From NCBI GenBank assembly GCA_964546795.1, contig CAZJKG010000001.1, positions 1 through 59,689 of the forward strand: a stretch of DNA of 59,689 bases, written 5' to 3'. This DNA comes from an uncultured Candidatus Saccharibacteria bacterium (lineage in GTDB: Bacteria > Patescibacteriota > Minisyncoccia > Phycocordibacterales > Phycocordibacteraceae). The notes below the pieces were generated by a model, which did not search any database, had not been told where the DNA came from, and saw nothing but the letters and a program-made list of their open reading frames with translations. Positions 23,195 through 32,921 of the stretch are shown one piece after another (the first letter of the stretch is position 1; each line of letters starts with the position of its first letter). The position numbers and the translations under genes were made by a program.

Positions 23195-24508
23195 ATGAGT
23201 TCCTCATCTACATCTTCAATGCCGACTGTTGCTGGCACGACTTTCATCCGTTCTCTCGAGAATATTCATGAGTATCGCCTCGATGCGAACGGGCTCCAAA
23301 TCCTGCTTTCGCCCGACCCTGTAGCGCTTGTGGCTGGAATCATGGTGACGTACCGGGTCGGTTCCAGAAATGAAGCGATAGGGTATACAGGCGCGACGCA
23401 CTTGCTTGAACATCTCATGTTCAAGGGTTCGGACAATTTCAATAAAGAGAAAGGGGGTACGGTCTGGGATCTACTCGAGACGAAAGGTGCTTTAGTGAAT
23501 GCGACGACCTGGAACGATCGTACGAACTACTTTGAGATGCTTCCTCAGGAGCATCTCCCGACGGCGATAGCGCTCGAGGCCGATCGTATGCGCACAGCAT
23601 TCATTAAAGAGGAGGATCGGATTTCTGAGATGCCAGTAGTACGGAATGAATTTGAACGCGGAGAAAATCTTCCTATGGAAGTGCTTGATAAGCAGCTCTG
23701 GGCGCTCGCGTACGAAGCTCATCCGTATCATCATTCGACTATCGGATGGAGGAGTGATATCGAACAGGTACCGATCGAACGGCTTAAGAAATTCTATGAC
23801 GACTTTTATCATCCGGACAATGCGACCATTTCAGTAATCGGAGGTTTCGATGTCGCGGTGACTCTTGCGACTATCGTGAAGGAGTTCGGAGTGCACGGGA
23901 AAGCTCCTTCAGCATATCCAACGATGTATACTGAGGAGCCAAAGCAGGAAGGCGAGCGTCGTGCCGTCGTGAAGCGCGCCGGTCATACCAACATGCTCGC
24001 TCTCGCACACAAGATTCCGGGGGCTACAGATACCGATCTCCCAGCACTCCTCATCCTCTCTCTCATCCTTAGTGACGGGAAAACGAGCCGTCTGTATCGT
24101 GCGCTCATCGACTCAGCCATCGCCACAGACGTCACCACCATCTGCTACCAGTTCCGCGACCCATCGCTTTTGATTTCCTATATCACTCTCGCGCCACGCG
24201 CACGGCACAAAGCTGTCGAAAAACGGGTCAAACAAGAGTTCGACAAGATCGTCGTGAAAGGCATCACTGCTCAAGAGCTTGCGCGCTCGAAACGCTCCTT
24301 GCGCGCTTATATTGCTTCGCGGCGCGATGGTCCATACGCACTCCTCTCGTCTCTCAATGAAGAGATAGCGGTTGGCGATTGGATGCGATTCGTGACACTT
24401 CCGCAGGCGCTCTCGAGAGTAACTGCGAAAGACGTGCAGAAGGTTGCGAAGAAATACCTCGTCGATGATCAAAGCACCATTGGTTATTTTATTGGCACCG
24501 ACGCATGA
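23195..24508 (+). CDS. M16 family zinc peptidase (pitrilysin-like, active subunit)
   Basis: 437 aa. Inverted zinc motif HLLEHLMFKG. Confidence 0.85.
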   Translation: MSSSSTSSMPTVAGTTFIRSLENIHEYRLDANGLQILLSPDPVALVAGIMVTYRVGSRNEAIGYTGATHLLEHLMFKGSDNFNKEKGGTVWDLLETKGALVNATTWNDRTNYFEMLPQEHLPTAIALEADRMRTAFIKEEDRISEMPVVRNEFERGENLPMEVLDKQLWALAYEAHPYHHSTIGWRSDIEQVPIERLKKFYDDFYHPDNATISVIGGFDVAVTLATIVKEFGVHGKAPSAYPTMYTEEPKQEGERRAVVKRAGHTNMLALAHKIPGATDTDLPALLILSLILSDGKTSRLYRALIDSAIATDVTTICYQFRDPSLLISYITLAPRARHKAVEKRVKQEFDKIVVKGITAQELARSKRSLRAYIASRRDGPYALLSSLNEEIAVGDWMRFVTLPQALSRVTAKDVQKVAKKYLVDDQSTIGYFIGTDA

Positions 24509-25773
24509 AAAACGAACATCTATCAGCACAAGAGTTTCCGATAGTAGAGAGCGGCAGATTGTTCCTTGCACCGACTCGCGCGCACGACATCGTCACAGTC
24601 GAGGGTAGTGTGCTCGGCGGCCCGAACATGCTTTCCGCTACACTCAACGTCGTCTCAGGATTGGCTTCTGAATTGCTTGATGCGGGCACCGTCAAGAAAA
24701 AGAAAAGCGTTATCCGAGAAATGCTTGCTAGGCGCGGCATCTCATTATCCTTCTCTTCATCCGGCGATCGTACGGCGTTCTCCGGACGCTGTTTTCCGGA
24801 GGACCTGCCCGTACTCCTCGCTACTATCACCGAGTGTTTAAATGAGGCGAGTTTTCCAGAGGGAGAGGTGAAGAATGCGAAGGTACGTACGCTCGGCGAG
24901 CTTTCTGAAGAAAAATCCGATACGCGCACTCAAGCAGAACGAGCTCTCACGGAGCTTCTCTATGACCCAGAGCATGTGAATTACCTGCGTCCTACCAAAG
25001 ATGAAGAGAAGAATGTTGCCGCAACGCGCCGCTCGCATCTTCAGGATTTCAGAAAAATGCTAGGGAGGGGCGGTCTCGTGCTCGCGATAGTGGGAGATAT
25101 TGAAGTCGCATCTGCGCAAGCGATTGCTCTAAAAGCGTTCAAAAAGCTCGGGCAGGGAACCTCGATAGCGCCAGTGAAGCAGATGAGCAAGAAAGCACAG
25201 AACTCAAGCGAGAGATTAATCGAAATTGCCGACAAAGCGAATATAGACGTTCTTCTCGGCACCACACTTCCGCTCACTGTGCATCATCAGCTGTATCATC
25301 CTGCGAAAGTGCTTACCGAGATGCTCGGTGGCGGATTCTCTGCGCATCTCATGCAGACCATCCGTGAGCGCGATGGCCTCACTTATGGCGTATCTGCCAC
25401 GCTCGCTGGTCTGACTTCAGGTGCGGATGGATATTTCAAGATTTGGGCGACCTTCTCGCCGCAGCGGTATGAAGAGTCCGTTGCAAAACTCCGCGAAGAG
25501 ATAGGCAACTTCTTTTCAAAGGGTTTGATGGAGACAGCGCTCGAGAAGAGGAAGGAAGAGATCGCCGGATCATATCTAGTCGCTCTCTCGACTACACGGA
25601 ATCTCGCCTCGACTCTGCACTCTATCGGCGCACTTGGCTTCGACCTCTCGTATCTGACCGAGTATCCGGAGATCATCCGTTCTGTATCGCTTGTCGATAT
25701 CAAGAACGCCGCTGATCTCATCCCACAGAGCAAGTTTGCGCTAGCAGCATCGGGCACCTTCCAAAAAAATTGA
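24505..25773 (+). CDS. M16 family peptidase, non-catalytic partner subunit
   Basis: 422 aa. M16 C-terminal-type fold pattern, no HxxEH motif. ATGA overlap with the upstream M16 gene. Confidence 0.75.
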   Translation: MKNEHLSAQEFPIVESGRLFLAPTRAHDIVTVEGSVLGGPNMLSATLNVVSGLASELLDAGTVKKKKSVIREMLARRGISLSFSSSGDRTAFSGRCFPEDLPVLLATITECLNEASFPEGEVKNAKVRTLGELSEEKSDTRTQAERALTELLYDPEHVNYLRPTKDEEKNVAATRRSHLQDFRKMLGRGGLVLAIVGDIEVASAQAIALKAFKKLGQGTSIAPVKQMSKKAQNSSERLIEIADKANIDVLLGTTLPLTVHHQLYHPAKVLTEMLGGGFSAHLMQTIRERDGLTYGVSATLAGLTSGADGYFKIWATFSPQRYEESVAKLREEIGNFFSKGLMETALEKRKEEIAGSYLVALSTTRNLASTLHSIGALGFDLSYLTEYPEIIRSVSLVDIKNAADLIPQSKFALAASGTFQKN

Positions 25774-25788
25774 TATGATTTCCACACT

Positions 25789-27651
25789 ATGACCCCCGTT
25801 AGAAAACTCGAGGATTCGCGTTCAAACGGGACAAGCGTCAGCGAAGTGAGAAGTAAATACTTTGCGTTTTTTAAAGCGCGAGGACATATGATCATCCCTT
25901 CGGCTCCCATCGTGCCCGAAAATGATCCGACGACGCTTTTCACAAGCAGCGGCATGCAGCCCTTAGTGCCATATCTTTTGGGTCAGCTGCATCCGGAGGG
26001 CTCGCGTCTGGTGAATTCTCAGATGTCATTTCGCTCCGAAGACATAGAAGAAGTGGGGGACAATCGCCATACGACCTTTTTTGAAATGCTCGGCAATTGG
26101 TCTTTGGGCGATTATTTCAAGCAGGAGCAGCTTCCGTGGTTCTTCGCATTTCTTACTGACAAAGAAGAGGGAATCGGCCTTGATCCAAGAAAATTATATG
26201 TAACAACTTTTTCCGGCGACCAGGAGAGCGCGATGGAAGCAGATACGGAATCCGCAGACATTTGGAAAAAGATCGGCGTTCCTGACGACCATCTGTTTTC
26301 CTACGGCGCAAAAAAGAATTGGTGGAGCCGCGCCGGCATACCGACCAAAATGCCTCCGGGAGAGATAGGAGGCCCCGATTCCGAAGTGTTTTACGATTTC
26401 GGCCTCCCGCATGATGCGAAGTTCGGCGAAGAATGCCATCCCAACTGCGACTGCGGACGCTTCGTTGAAATCGGTAATTCGGTTTTCATGCAATTCATCA
26501 AGCAACCGGAGGGTACTTTTAAGGAACTGCCGAAAAGAAATGTGGATTTCGGCGGCGGCTTGGAACGACTCACGGCCGCTACACTTGGGAATCCCGATAT
26601 ATTTCTCATTGATGTATTTAATGCGGCGCGCGCCGCGCTCGAAAAGCGCTCGGGGAAATCCTATGACGATGAGAATGCGATACGCTCATTCCGCATCATC
26701 CTTGACCATATGCGTGCAGCATCGTTCTTCATCGCCTCCGGCATTCGTCCTTCCAATACCGAACAGGGATATGTATTGCGCCGCCTCATTCGCCGCTCTA
26801 TCCGAGAAGCCGATAAGCTCAGTATCAAAGAATCCGTGCTTGCAGAAGTTGCAGAGGGATTCGGCGGCGCATACAGAGAGGCCTATCCTTTTGTGCATGA
26901 GGCAACATTCATTATCCGCGACGAGCTTGAGAAAGAAGAGGCGCAATTCAGGAAAACGCTTGCCCATGGCCTGCGCGAGCTTGAGAAAATGACTGACGTT
27001 GATGCCTTCATGCTCTTCACTACATACGGATTTCCGGTGGAACTCACGGAAGAAATTGCAAAAGAACGCGGTATTGCATTGGATATGGAGGCCGTGAAGG
27101 TGAAGATGGAGGAACATCAGGCGCTTTCGCGTGCGGGAGCAGCGCAGAAATTCGCCGGCGGGCTTGCCGATCATGCTGAACAGACCATTCGGTATCACAC
27201 CGCGCATCATATTCTTCTGAAGGCGCTCCAGATGGTGCTCGGGCCGGAGGTCCATCAGCGCGGCAGCAATATCACGAGCGAGCGTTTGCGCATTGACTTC
27301 TCCTACGGGCAGAAAATGACGTCAGAACAGAAAGCTGAGGTAGAAAAAATCGTGAACGAGAAGATTTCCGAAGGCATCCCCGTCGTTCGTACGGATATGA
27401 AAAAGGAGGAGGCGGAAAAGCTCGGCGCAGAACATGAATTCGGCGCGACCTATCCTGACATGGTCTCGGTGTATTCGATCGGACCCCTGCCTGCCGGCAG
27501 GCAGGGCTTGAAACCATTCTCCATAGAGTTCTGCGGCGGTCCGCATGTGAGTAACACAAGCGAACTCGGACAAGGCGGTAAAAAGTTCAAGATTTTGAAG
27601 GAGGAAGCGTCATCCGCGGGCGTTCGTCGCATTAAGGCAGTGTTAGAATGA
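25789..27651 (+). CDS. alaS: alanine--tRNA ligase (short form lacking the C-Ala domain)
   Basis: 620 aa. FFKARGHMIIPSAPIVPENDPTTLFTSSGMQP, editing-domain HTAHHIL and CGGPHV motifs. Confidence 0.9.
   Translation: MTPVRKLEDSRSNGTSVSEVRSKYFAFFKARGHMIIPSAPIVPENDPTTLFTSSGMQPLVPYLLGQLHPEGSRLVNSQMSFRSEDIEEVGDNRHTTFFEMLGNWSLGDYFKQEQLPWFFAFLTDKEEGIGLDPRKLYVTTFSGDQESAMEADTESADIWKKIGVPDDHLFSYGAKKNWWSRAGIPTKMPPGEIGGPDSEVFYDFGLPHDAKFGEECHPNCDCGRFVEIGNSVFMQFIKQPEGTFKELPKRNVDFGGGLERLTAATLGNPDIFLIDVFNAARAALEKRSGKSYDDENAIRSFRIILDHMRAASFFIASGIRPSNTEQGYVLRRLIRRSIREADKLSIKESVLAEVAEGFGGAYREAYPFVHEATFIIRDELEKEEAQFRKTLAHGLRELEKMTDVDAFMLFTTYGFPVELTEEIAKERGIALDMEAVKVKMEEHQALSRAGAAQKFAGGLADHAEQTIRYHTAHHILLKALQMVLGPEVHQRGSNITSERLRIDFSYGQKMTSEQKAEVEKIVNEKISEGIPVVRTDMKKEEAEKLGAEHEFGATYPDMVSVYSIGPLPAGRQGLKPFSIEFCGGPHVSNTSELGQGGKKFKILKEEASSAGVRRIKAVLE
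27485..27506. repeat. perfect palindrome CCCTGCCTGCCGGCAGGCAGGG inside alaS (20-bp core shared with grpE)
   Basis: The core CCTGCCTGCCGGCAGGCAGG (27486-27505) is identical to 36826-36845. It is read as L-P-A-G-R-Q in both genes. Confidence 0.9.
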
Positions 27652-27655
27652 GAGG

Positions 27656-28735
27656 ATGAGTTTCTTTTCTGATTTTTTTCGCAACAAAAAACATGCGAAA
27701 TCAGTCGTACTGATAGATATAGGTACGGATTCGGTCGCGGGCGCATATGCACACTATGTGGAGGGCAAGAAACCAGTTTTGCTCTACACGCAACGTCTCC
27801 CGATTCAGATCAGAAAAGGTGAGTTCCCTGAACACGCAATGCTGCACACGCTTAAAGTGCTCGGCGCCACACTCATTCTTGAAGGTGCGCCGGCCTTGAT
27901 GCGCGCTACCGGCAGCGGTCATAGCGGTACCATCCTTGTCTCCGTCGATGCTCCATGGCAGACGACATCAGTGCGCACTGAACACTTTGAACGGCAAACT
28001 CCATTTGTTTTTACTAGAAGCATGACGATCACCGCATTACAGAAGACCGGCGTTACTCCGCCCGGAAAATTGCTTGCCGATGAAAGCATCATCGGCACTA
28101 TCCTCAATGGGTACGAAACACGCGATCCGTATGGGAAGAAAGTGCATCGCGCGTCCGTCATCGTTCTAACGTCATTCATAGACGAACCCGTAGCTGCCGG
28201 CATAGCCGCGATCCTTCAGGGCCTGTATCACACGAAAGACAGTATGCTTATCGCGGGCAGTTCGTTGCGCTATCAGGCGATGCGTACGGCGTTTCCGCAC
28301 GAACGAGATGCTCTCATTCTCGATGCGACCGGGTCGGTGACTTCTATTGCACTCGTGCGCAAAGACCTGTTCGTCGCTTTGTCCGAAGTATCGGATGGCG
28401 TTACCGGCAGCGATGATTGGATAAGAAAGATAGCGAGTGAATTTTCCAAGTTTCAAGAGCGCTATCCATTGCCGCGAACGATATTTCTCCTCGCGGAAGA
28501 GTCCAAAATTCCGTCTCTGCAAAAAATACTTGGCTCCATGTATAACGGAAAGCTTCGACTCTCGAGTAGTTCGTCGAAGATCGTTCCGGTCTTCGCCAAT
28601 CACATCCTCGGATTGATACAGCAGACCGGTACCACACCGCCAGATCTTCAACTTCTTCTCATGACTCTTTTCTGGCAGCACCACGCGTCCGAAGAAAAGG
28701 ACTTAATACACAGCGACCATCCGAGCTTGCGCTAG
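27656..28735 (+). CDS. hypothetical protein, possibly actin-fold ATPase (FtsA/PilM-like)
   Basis: 359 aa. VVLIDIGTDSVAGA and LILDATGSVTSIALV resemble the phosphate-1 and phosphate-2 motifs of the ASKHA fold (weak). Confidence 0.6.
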   Translation: MSFFSDFFRNKKHAKSVVLIDIGTDSVAGAYAHYVEGKKPVLLYTQRLPIQIRKGEFPEHAMLHTLKVLGATLILEGAPALMRATGSGHSGTILVSVDAPWQTTSVRTEHFERQTPFVFTRSMTITALQKTGVTPPGKLLADESIIGTILNGYETRDPYGKKVHRASVIVLTSFIDEPVAAGIAAILQGLYHTKDSMLIAGSSLRYQAMRTAFPHERDALILDATGSVTSIALVRKDLFVALSEVSDGVTGSDDWIRKIASEFSKFQERYPLPRTIFLLAEESKIPSLQKILGSMYNGKLRLSSSSSKIVPVFANHILGLIQQTGTTPPDLQLLLMTLFWQHHASEEKDLIHSDHPSLR

Positions 28736-28756
28736 AAACTCTGTTATACTTCTCCC

Positions 28757-29977
28757 ATGCGTACACTTGATGACATCATTCCGCCTTCCCGCCGTAAAGA
28801 GAGTGAACAACTTCCCACAGTCGCCGGTCGAGGACCATCACATCCGTCCGAGCGCCCATCCACATTCCCCTACACAACGATCATCATCGTTGTAGTTGTC
28901 ATAGCCGCCTCCTTTGGGGCGCTTTCTTATTTCTCAAATGCGAAGATCGAGCTAACGCCGAATACCGTTTCTGCGGCGGTGCAGAGTTCTTTCACGGCCC
29001 AAAAGAGCGCCGGCAATTTGCCATATGAGATCATCACGGCCCAGAAGATCGCCTCGCAAAGCGTGAAGGGTAGCGGCACCAAAACAGTGAATTCCTCTGC
29101 GTCCGGCATGCTCACTATCTACAATACTCAAGCAAAGGCGCAGAAACTCATCACGAACACTCGTTTCGCGACCGCAAGTGGACTCATCTTCCGCATCCAT
29201 TCGGCGGTGACAATTCCGGGAGGCACATCATCCAAGCCCGGCAGTATTAACGTAAAGGTCTATGCCGATCAGACGGGTAGTTCCTATAATGTGGGTCCTA
29301 CTTCCTTCACTATTCCGGGATTTGCGGGGACACCGCTCGCGAGCCAGGTCTATGCACGCTCAACGACTCCTATGGAAGGTGGGGCCTCGGGGAATGTACC
29401 CGTAGTGGATGCGGCACTTGAAGCGCAGACGCGCAGTGCGCTCATAGCGGCACTCGCGCCGGACCTCGCTGCAAGCATTCAGACGCAAATCCCCTCCGGC
29501 TACGTGCTTCTCACTGGCGCCGCGACGACGACTTATCAGGCATCCGCGGCTGAACCGTCCTCAACGACCGGCCAGGTGGATGTGAAAGAACAGGGAACCA
29601 TGACGGCGGTTATTTTCCCGAATGCCGCCCTTGCCAAAGCCATCGCTACTTCGGTGAGCGGTATCGGCTACAATGGCGAGCCGCTGACACTCTCATCTGC
29701 CGATGGTCTCATATTCAAGGGGACTAACGGTATTCCGGACCCGGAGACCGCATCCCTTTCCTTCACAATCACTGGTACGGCTTCGCTCGTGTATACAGTT
29801 GATCCGGCGCGCATTGCTGCGGCGGTAAGCGGAAAGACACGTTCGGAGGCAGAAGTTGCCCTCACAAGTTATCCGGAGGTCAAAAAGGCAATCATCATCC
29901 TCCGGCCATTCTGGAGACAGTCGTTCCCAGAGGATCCGTCCTCCATCTCTATCGTGATGGCCGCAGAGACGCATTGA
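28757..29977 (+). CDS. membrane-anchored extracytoplasmic beta-rich hypothetical protein
   Basis: 406 aa. Short cytoplasmic N-terminus, TM segment TTIIIVVVVIAASFGALSYF, long Ser/Thr/Ala-rich ectodomain. TATACT (28745-28750) lies 6 nt upstream of the ATG. Confidence 0.6.
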   Translation: MRTLDDIIPPSRRKESEQLPTVAGRGPSHPSERPSTFPYTTIIIVVVVIAASFGALSYFSNAKIELTPNTVSAAVQSSFTAQKSAGNLPYEIITAQKIASQSVKGSGTKTVNSSASGMLTIYNTQAKAQKLITNTRFATASGLIFRIHSAVTIPGGTSSKPGSINVKVYADQTGSSYNVGPTSFTIPGFAGTPLASQVYARSTTPMEGGASGNVPVVDAALEAQTRSALIAALAPDLAASIQTQIPSGYVLLTGAATTTYQASAAEPSSTTGQVDVKEQGTMTAVIFPNAALAKAIATSVSGIGYNGEPLTLSSADGLIFKGTNGIPDPETASLSFTITGTASLVYTVDPARIAAAVSGKTRSEAEVALTSYPEVKKAIIILRPFWRQSFPEDPSSISIVMAAETH

Positions 29978-30034
29978 CGCTTTTTCAAGCATCTGCTAGA
30001 TTGATATGGCGTCTGCATATTTAATGATTAGCAA

Positions 30035-30325
30035 ATGAGCGACGGCGAAGAGAAAAAAACGGCGGTTGGCACCGTTGAAGAAGTGTTGCCAAATTCACTT
30101 TTTCGTGTTCGTTTATCTCTGGAGGCCTCACTGGGCGCGTCCGGCGAGGGCGAAGCGAAAGAAATCCTCCCCGCAGACGGGGAGGCAGAAGAGGGGGAAC
30201 TTGTGCTCGCTTATCTTGCAGGCAAGATGCGCCTGCACCGCATCCGCGTCTTGATGGGTGATCAAGTAGACATGATACTTGATCCCTACGGGGGCCGTGC
30301 GAGGATTGTGCGCCGATTAACGTAA
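30035..30325 (+). CDS. infA: translation initiation factor IF-1 with an internal acidic/Gly-rich insertion of about 28 aa
   Basis: [16 protein letters not shown] ... [27 protein letters not shown] matches the IF-1 S1/OB fold. [28 protein letters not shown] interrupts it. Confidence 0.8.
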   Translation: MSDGEEKKTAVGTVEEVLPNSLFRVRLSLEASLGASGEGEAKEILPADGEAEEGELVLAYLAGKMRLHRIRVLMGDQVDMILDPYGGRARIVRRLT

Positions 30326-30344
30326 CTACTATCACACCTTTACG

Positions 30345-30461
30345 ATGAAAGTCCGTGCCTCAATAAAGAAGCAACAGCCAGCAGATCAACTCGTCCGGCG
30401 CGGCGGGCGTTTGTATCGTATTAATAAGAAGAATCCTCGACGCAAGGCGCGCCAAGGATAA
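30345..30461 (+). CDS. rpmJ: 50S ribosomal protein L36 (Cys-less form); not in the ORF track
   Basis: ATG 30345 to TAA 30459-30461: [38 protein letters not shown]. Canonical position between infA and rpsM. Confidence 0.8.
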   Translation: MKVRASIKKQQPADQLVRRGGRLYRINKKNPRRKARQG

Positions 30462-30478
30462 TCGATCTATTTTCATAT

Positions 30479-30859
30479 ATGCGTATCGCTGGTGTCACCA
30501 TTCCGGATAACAAACAACTTGCGTATTCATTGCCGCTTATTTTCGGCATCGGGCCGACGCGTGCGCGGCAGATATTGAAGACCGTCGGCATTCCTGCGAA
30601 CAAGAAGGGTAGCGAGCTAAAGGGCGATGAGGAACAGAAGATTCGCGCTCTCGCGGAAGAGTTCACCATTGAGGGCGAATTGCGCCGCGAGATAGGACAG
30701 AACATCAAACGTCTGAAGGATATTCGTTCAGCGCGTGGTGAACGCCACTCGCGCGGATTGCCGGTACGCGGCCAGCGCACCAAGACCAACTCACGCACGC
30801 GCCGCGGCAACGTCCGTAAGACGATGACCTCTGGTCGGCGCACGCTTGAGAAAACCTAA
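30479..30859 (+). CDS. rpsM: 30S ribosomal protein S13
   Basis: MRIAGVTIPDNK...IRSARGERHSRGLPVRGQRTKTN. Confidence 0.95.
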   Translation: MRIAGVTIPDNKQLAYSLPLIFGIGPTRARQILKTVGIPANKKGSELKGDEEQKIRALAEEFTIEGELRREIGQNIKRLKDIRSARGERHSRGLPVRGQRTKTNSRTRRGNVRKTMTSGRRTLEKT

Positions 30860-30861
30860 GT

Positions 30862-31296
30862 ATGGGAAAGAAACGTATCATCAAGAAGTCCGGCCGCGGG
30901 ATGGATCAGGGACGCAAGGAGCGAGCCCTCTCCAAAGTCACGAAGCGCCATTTGGAGAAAGGTGTTCTCTATGTGGACGCGACTTTCAACAACACAAAGG
31001 CCATCCTCACGGACGAAAAAGGGAACGCTATCGTCTCGTCAAGCGCAGGCGCGCTCGGCTTCGCTGGTGCGAGGAAGTCCACGCCGTATGCTGCGGCAAA
31101 GGTGGGCGAGTTCCTCGGCGAAAAGTGCGCGATGATAGGTCTCAAAGAGGCGACCGTTATCATTCGCGGTGTCGGTGCCGGCCGCGAGTCGGTGTTGCGG
31201 GCATTTTCTGGGAAAGGCATCCAGATTCAATCTATCAAGGACGTCACGCCAGTGCCGCATAACGGTCCGCGGCCGCCTAAGCCACGACGCGTATAA
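30862..31296 (+). CDS. rpsK: 30S ribosomal protein S11
   Basis: ATFNNTKAILTDEKGN...GARKSTPYAA...IKDVTPVPHNGPRPPKPRR. Confidence 0.95.
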   Translation: MGKKRIIKKSGRGMDQGRKERALSKVTKRHLEKGVLYVDATFNNTKAILTDEKGNAIVSSSAGALGFAGARKSTPYAAAKVGEFLGEKCAMIGLKEATVIIRGVGAGRESVLRAFSGKGIQIQSIKDVTPVPHNGPRPPKPRRV

Positions 31297-31302
31297 ACAA
31301 TT

Positions 31303-31917
31303 ATGATAACCGGCCCACGATACAAAATAGCCAAGCGCCTCGGTGCATCCGTCTTTGAGAAAGCTCAGACGCAGAAGTTCGCGCTGTCCGCCGACCGCAG
31401 CGCGAAGAACAAGCGTCGCGGACGCGGACGTCAAAGCGAGTACGGCAAGCAAATGTTAGAGAAGCAGAAGGTGCGCATCACGTACGGCCTGTCGGAAAAG
31501 CAATTCCGCAATTACGTGCATAAGGCGCTCGCCGCCGTGCACACGACGAACCCGAGCGACCGCCTCCATGAGCTTCTTGAGCTTCGCCTTGATAACGTCA
31601 TCTGGCGTCTCGGCCTCGCGCGCACGCGTAGGGCCGCACGTCAGATGGTCGCTCATGGTCATATGATGGTCGGCGACAAGAAAACCCGCATTCCCTCGCA
31701 TGCGCTTCAGGTCGGCGATCGCATCAGCGTGCGCGAGGGTTCCAAGGAGCACGGCGTGCTCCTTGGTTTTGCGGACCGCTTCGCGGAGCATCCGGCTCCA
31801 TCCTGGCTCCTGTGGGACCCCAAGTCGATGCAGGGCTTGGTCAAAGAGCGGCCGACCCACTCGTCTGCGGATCCGGCGGGCGACCTCGTCGCGGTGCTCT
31901 CGTTCTACACGAGATAA
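31303..31917 (+). CDS. rpsD: 30S ribosomal protein S4
   Basis: 204 aa. S4 N-terminal region and S4 RNA-binding domain (RLDNVIWRLGLARTRRAARQMVAHGH). Confidence 0.95.
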   Translation: MITGPRYKIAKRLGASVFEKAQTQKFALSADRSAKNKRRGRGRQSEYGKQMLEKQKVRITYGLSEKQFRNYVHKALAAVHTTNPSDRLHELLELRLDNVIWRLGLARTRRAARQMVAHGHMMVGDKKTRIPSHALQVGDRISVREGSKEHGVLLGFADRFAEHPAPSWLLWDPKSMQGLVKERPTHSSADPAGDLVAVLSFYTR

Positions 31918-31967
31918 TATTATTACGTGCTCGTCCTCATTAATTAATTGGTAACAACGATTGAGTT

Positions 31968-32915
31968 ATGGAATACCATATTACACTTCCGAGTAAGCCC
32001 CGCATTGTTTCCGAAGAAGGTTTGCAAGGCGTTTATGAAATTGACTCGCTCTACCCGGGCTACGGCCACACGCTCGGCAATTCGCTCCGCCGCATCATCC
32101 TTTCCTCGCTTCCCGGCGCGACCGTCACGCAAGTGAAGATAGAAGGCGTCCCGCACGAATTCGCCACCATTGACGGCGTACGTGAGACGGTCATGGAAAT
32201 CCTTTTGAATCTTAAGCGTGTTCATTTCGTCCTCCACGGCGATGAGCCGCAGACCATATCGCTCGTGGCCAAGGGCGCTGGCGAAGTCACGGCAAAAGAC
32301 CTCAAGACACCGAGTCAGGTGGAGATAAAGAATCCGGGACAGCACATTTGCGATCTGTCGGGCAAAGCATCACTCGAACTGGAAGCCACTATTGAGCGCG
32401 GCCTCGGATACGTCGCACGCGAAGTGCTTACCCGCGACAAGGTAGATATCGGCACTATCGCACTTGATGCGACCTTTACGCCCATCCGCCGCGTGAATTA
32501 CGAAGTGGAGAACATGCGCGTTGGGGATCGCACCGATTTCAATCGTTTGCGCATCCTTATTGAGACCAATGGCACGATAGCTCCGAGAGAGGCGTTGGAG
32601 CGCTCCATTGAGACGATGATCCATCAGCTCAAGGCCGTTATCGGCTTCCAGGAGAGCGCCACAATTGAGACCGAGAACGGCTATTCCGGCAAAAGCGCAG
32701 AAAGTGGCTCCGATGCGACCAAGATTAAAGTCGCTGACCTCGGCCTTTCGCCACGCATCACCTCTGCTCTAGAAGACGCGAGCATCAAGAGCGCCGCAGG
32801 CCTCGCACGTAAGACGGCACGCGCGCTCAAAGAGCTTGATGGCATCGGCGACAAGGCGATTGAGGAGATCTCGGAAGCGCTTGCCGGTCACGGACTCACG
32901 CTCAAGAGCGAATAA
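31968..32915 (+). CDS. rpoA: DNA-directed RNA polymerase alpha subunit
   Basis: 315 aa. GYGHTLGNSLRRILLSSLPG-type N-terminal domain and C-terminal HhH domain (LGLSPRITSALEDASIKSAAGL). Confidence 0.95.
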   Translation: MEYHITLPSKPRIVSEEGLQGVYEIDSLYPGYGHTLGNSLRRIILSSLPGATVTQVKIEGVPHEFATIDGVRETVMEILLNLKRVHFVLHGDEPQTISLVAKGAGEVTAKDLKTPSQVEIKNPGQHICDLSGKASLELEATIERGLGYVAREVLTRDKVDIGTIALDATFTPIRRVNYEVENMRVGDRTDFNRLRILIETNGTIAPREALERSIETMIHQLKAVIGFQESATIETENGYSGKSAESGSDATKIKVADLGLSPRITSALEDASIKSAAGLARKTARALKELDGIGDKAIEEISEALAGHGLTLKSE

Positions 32916-32921
32916 TAACGT

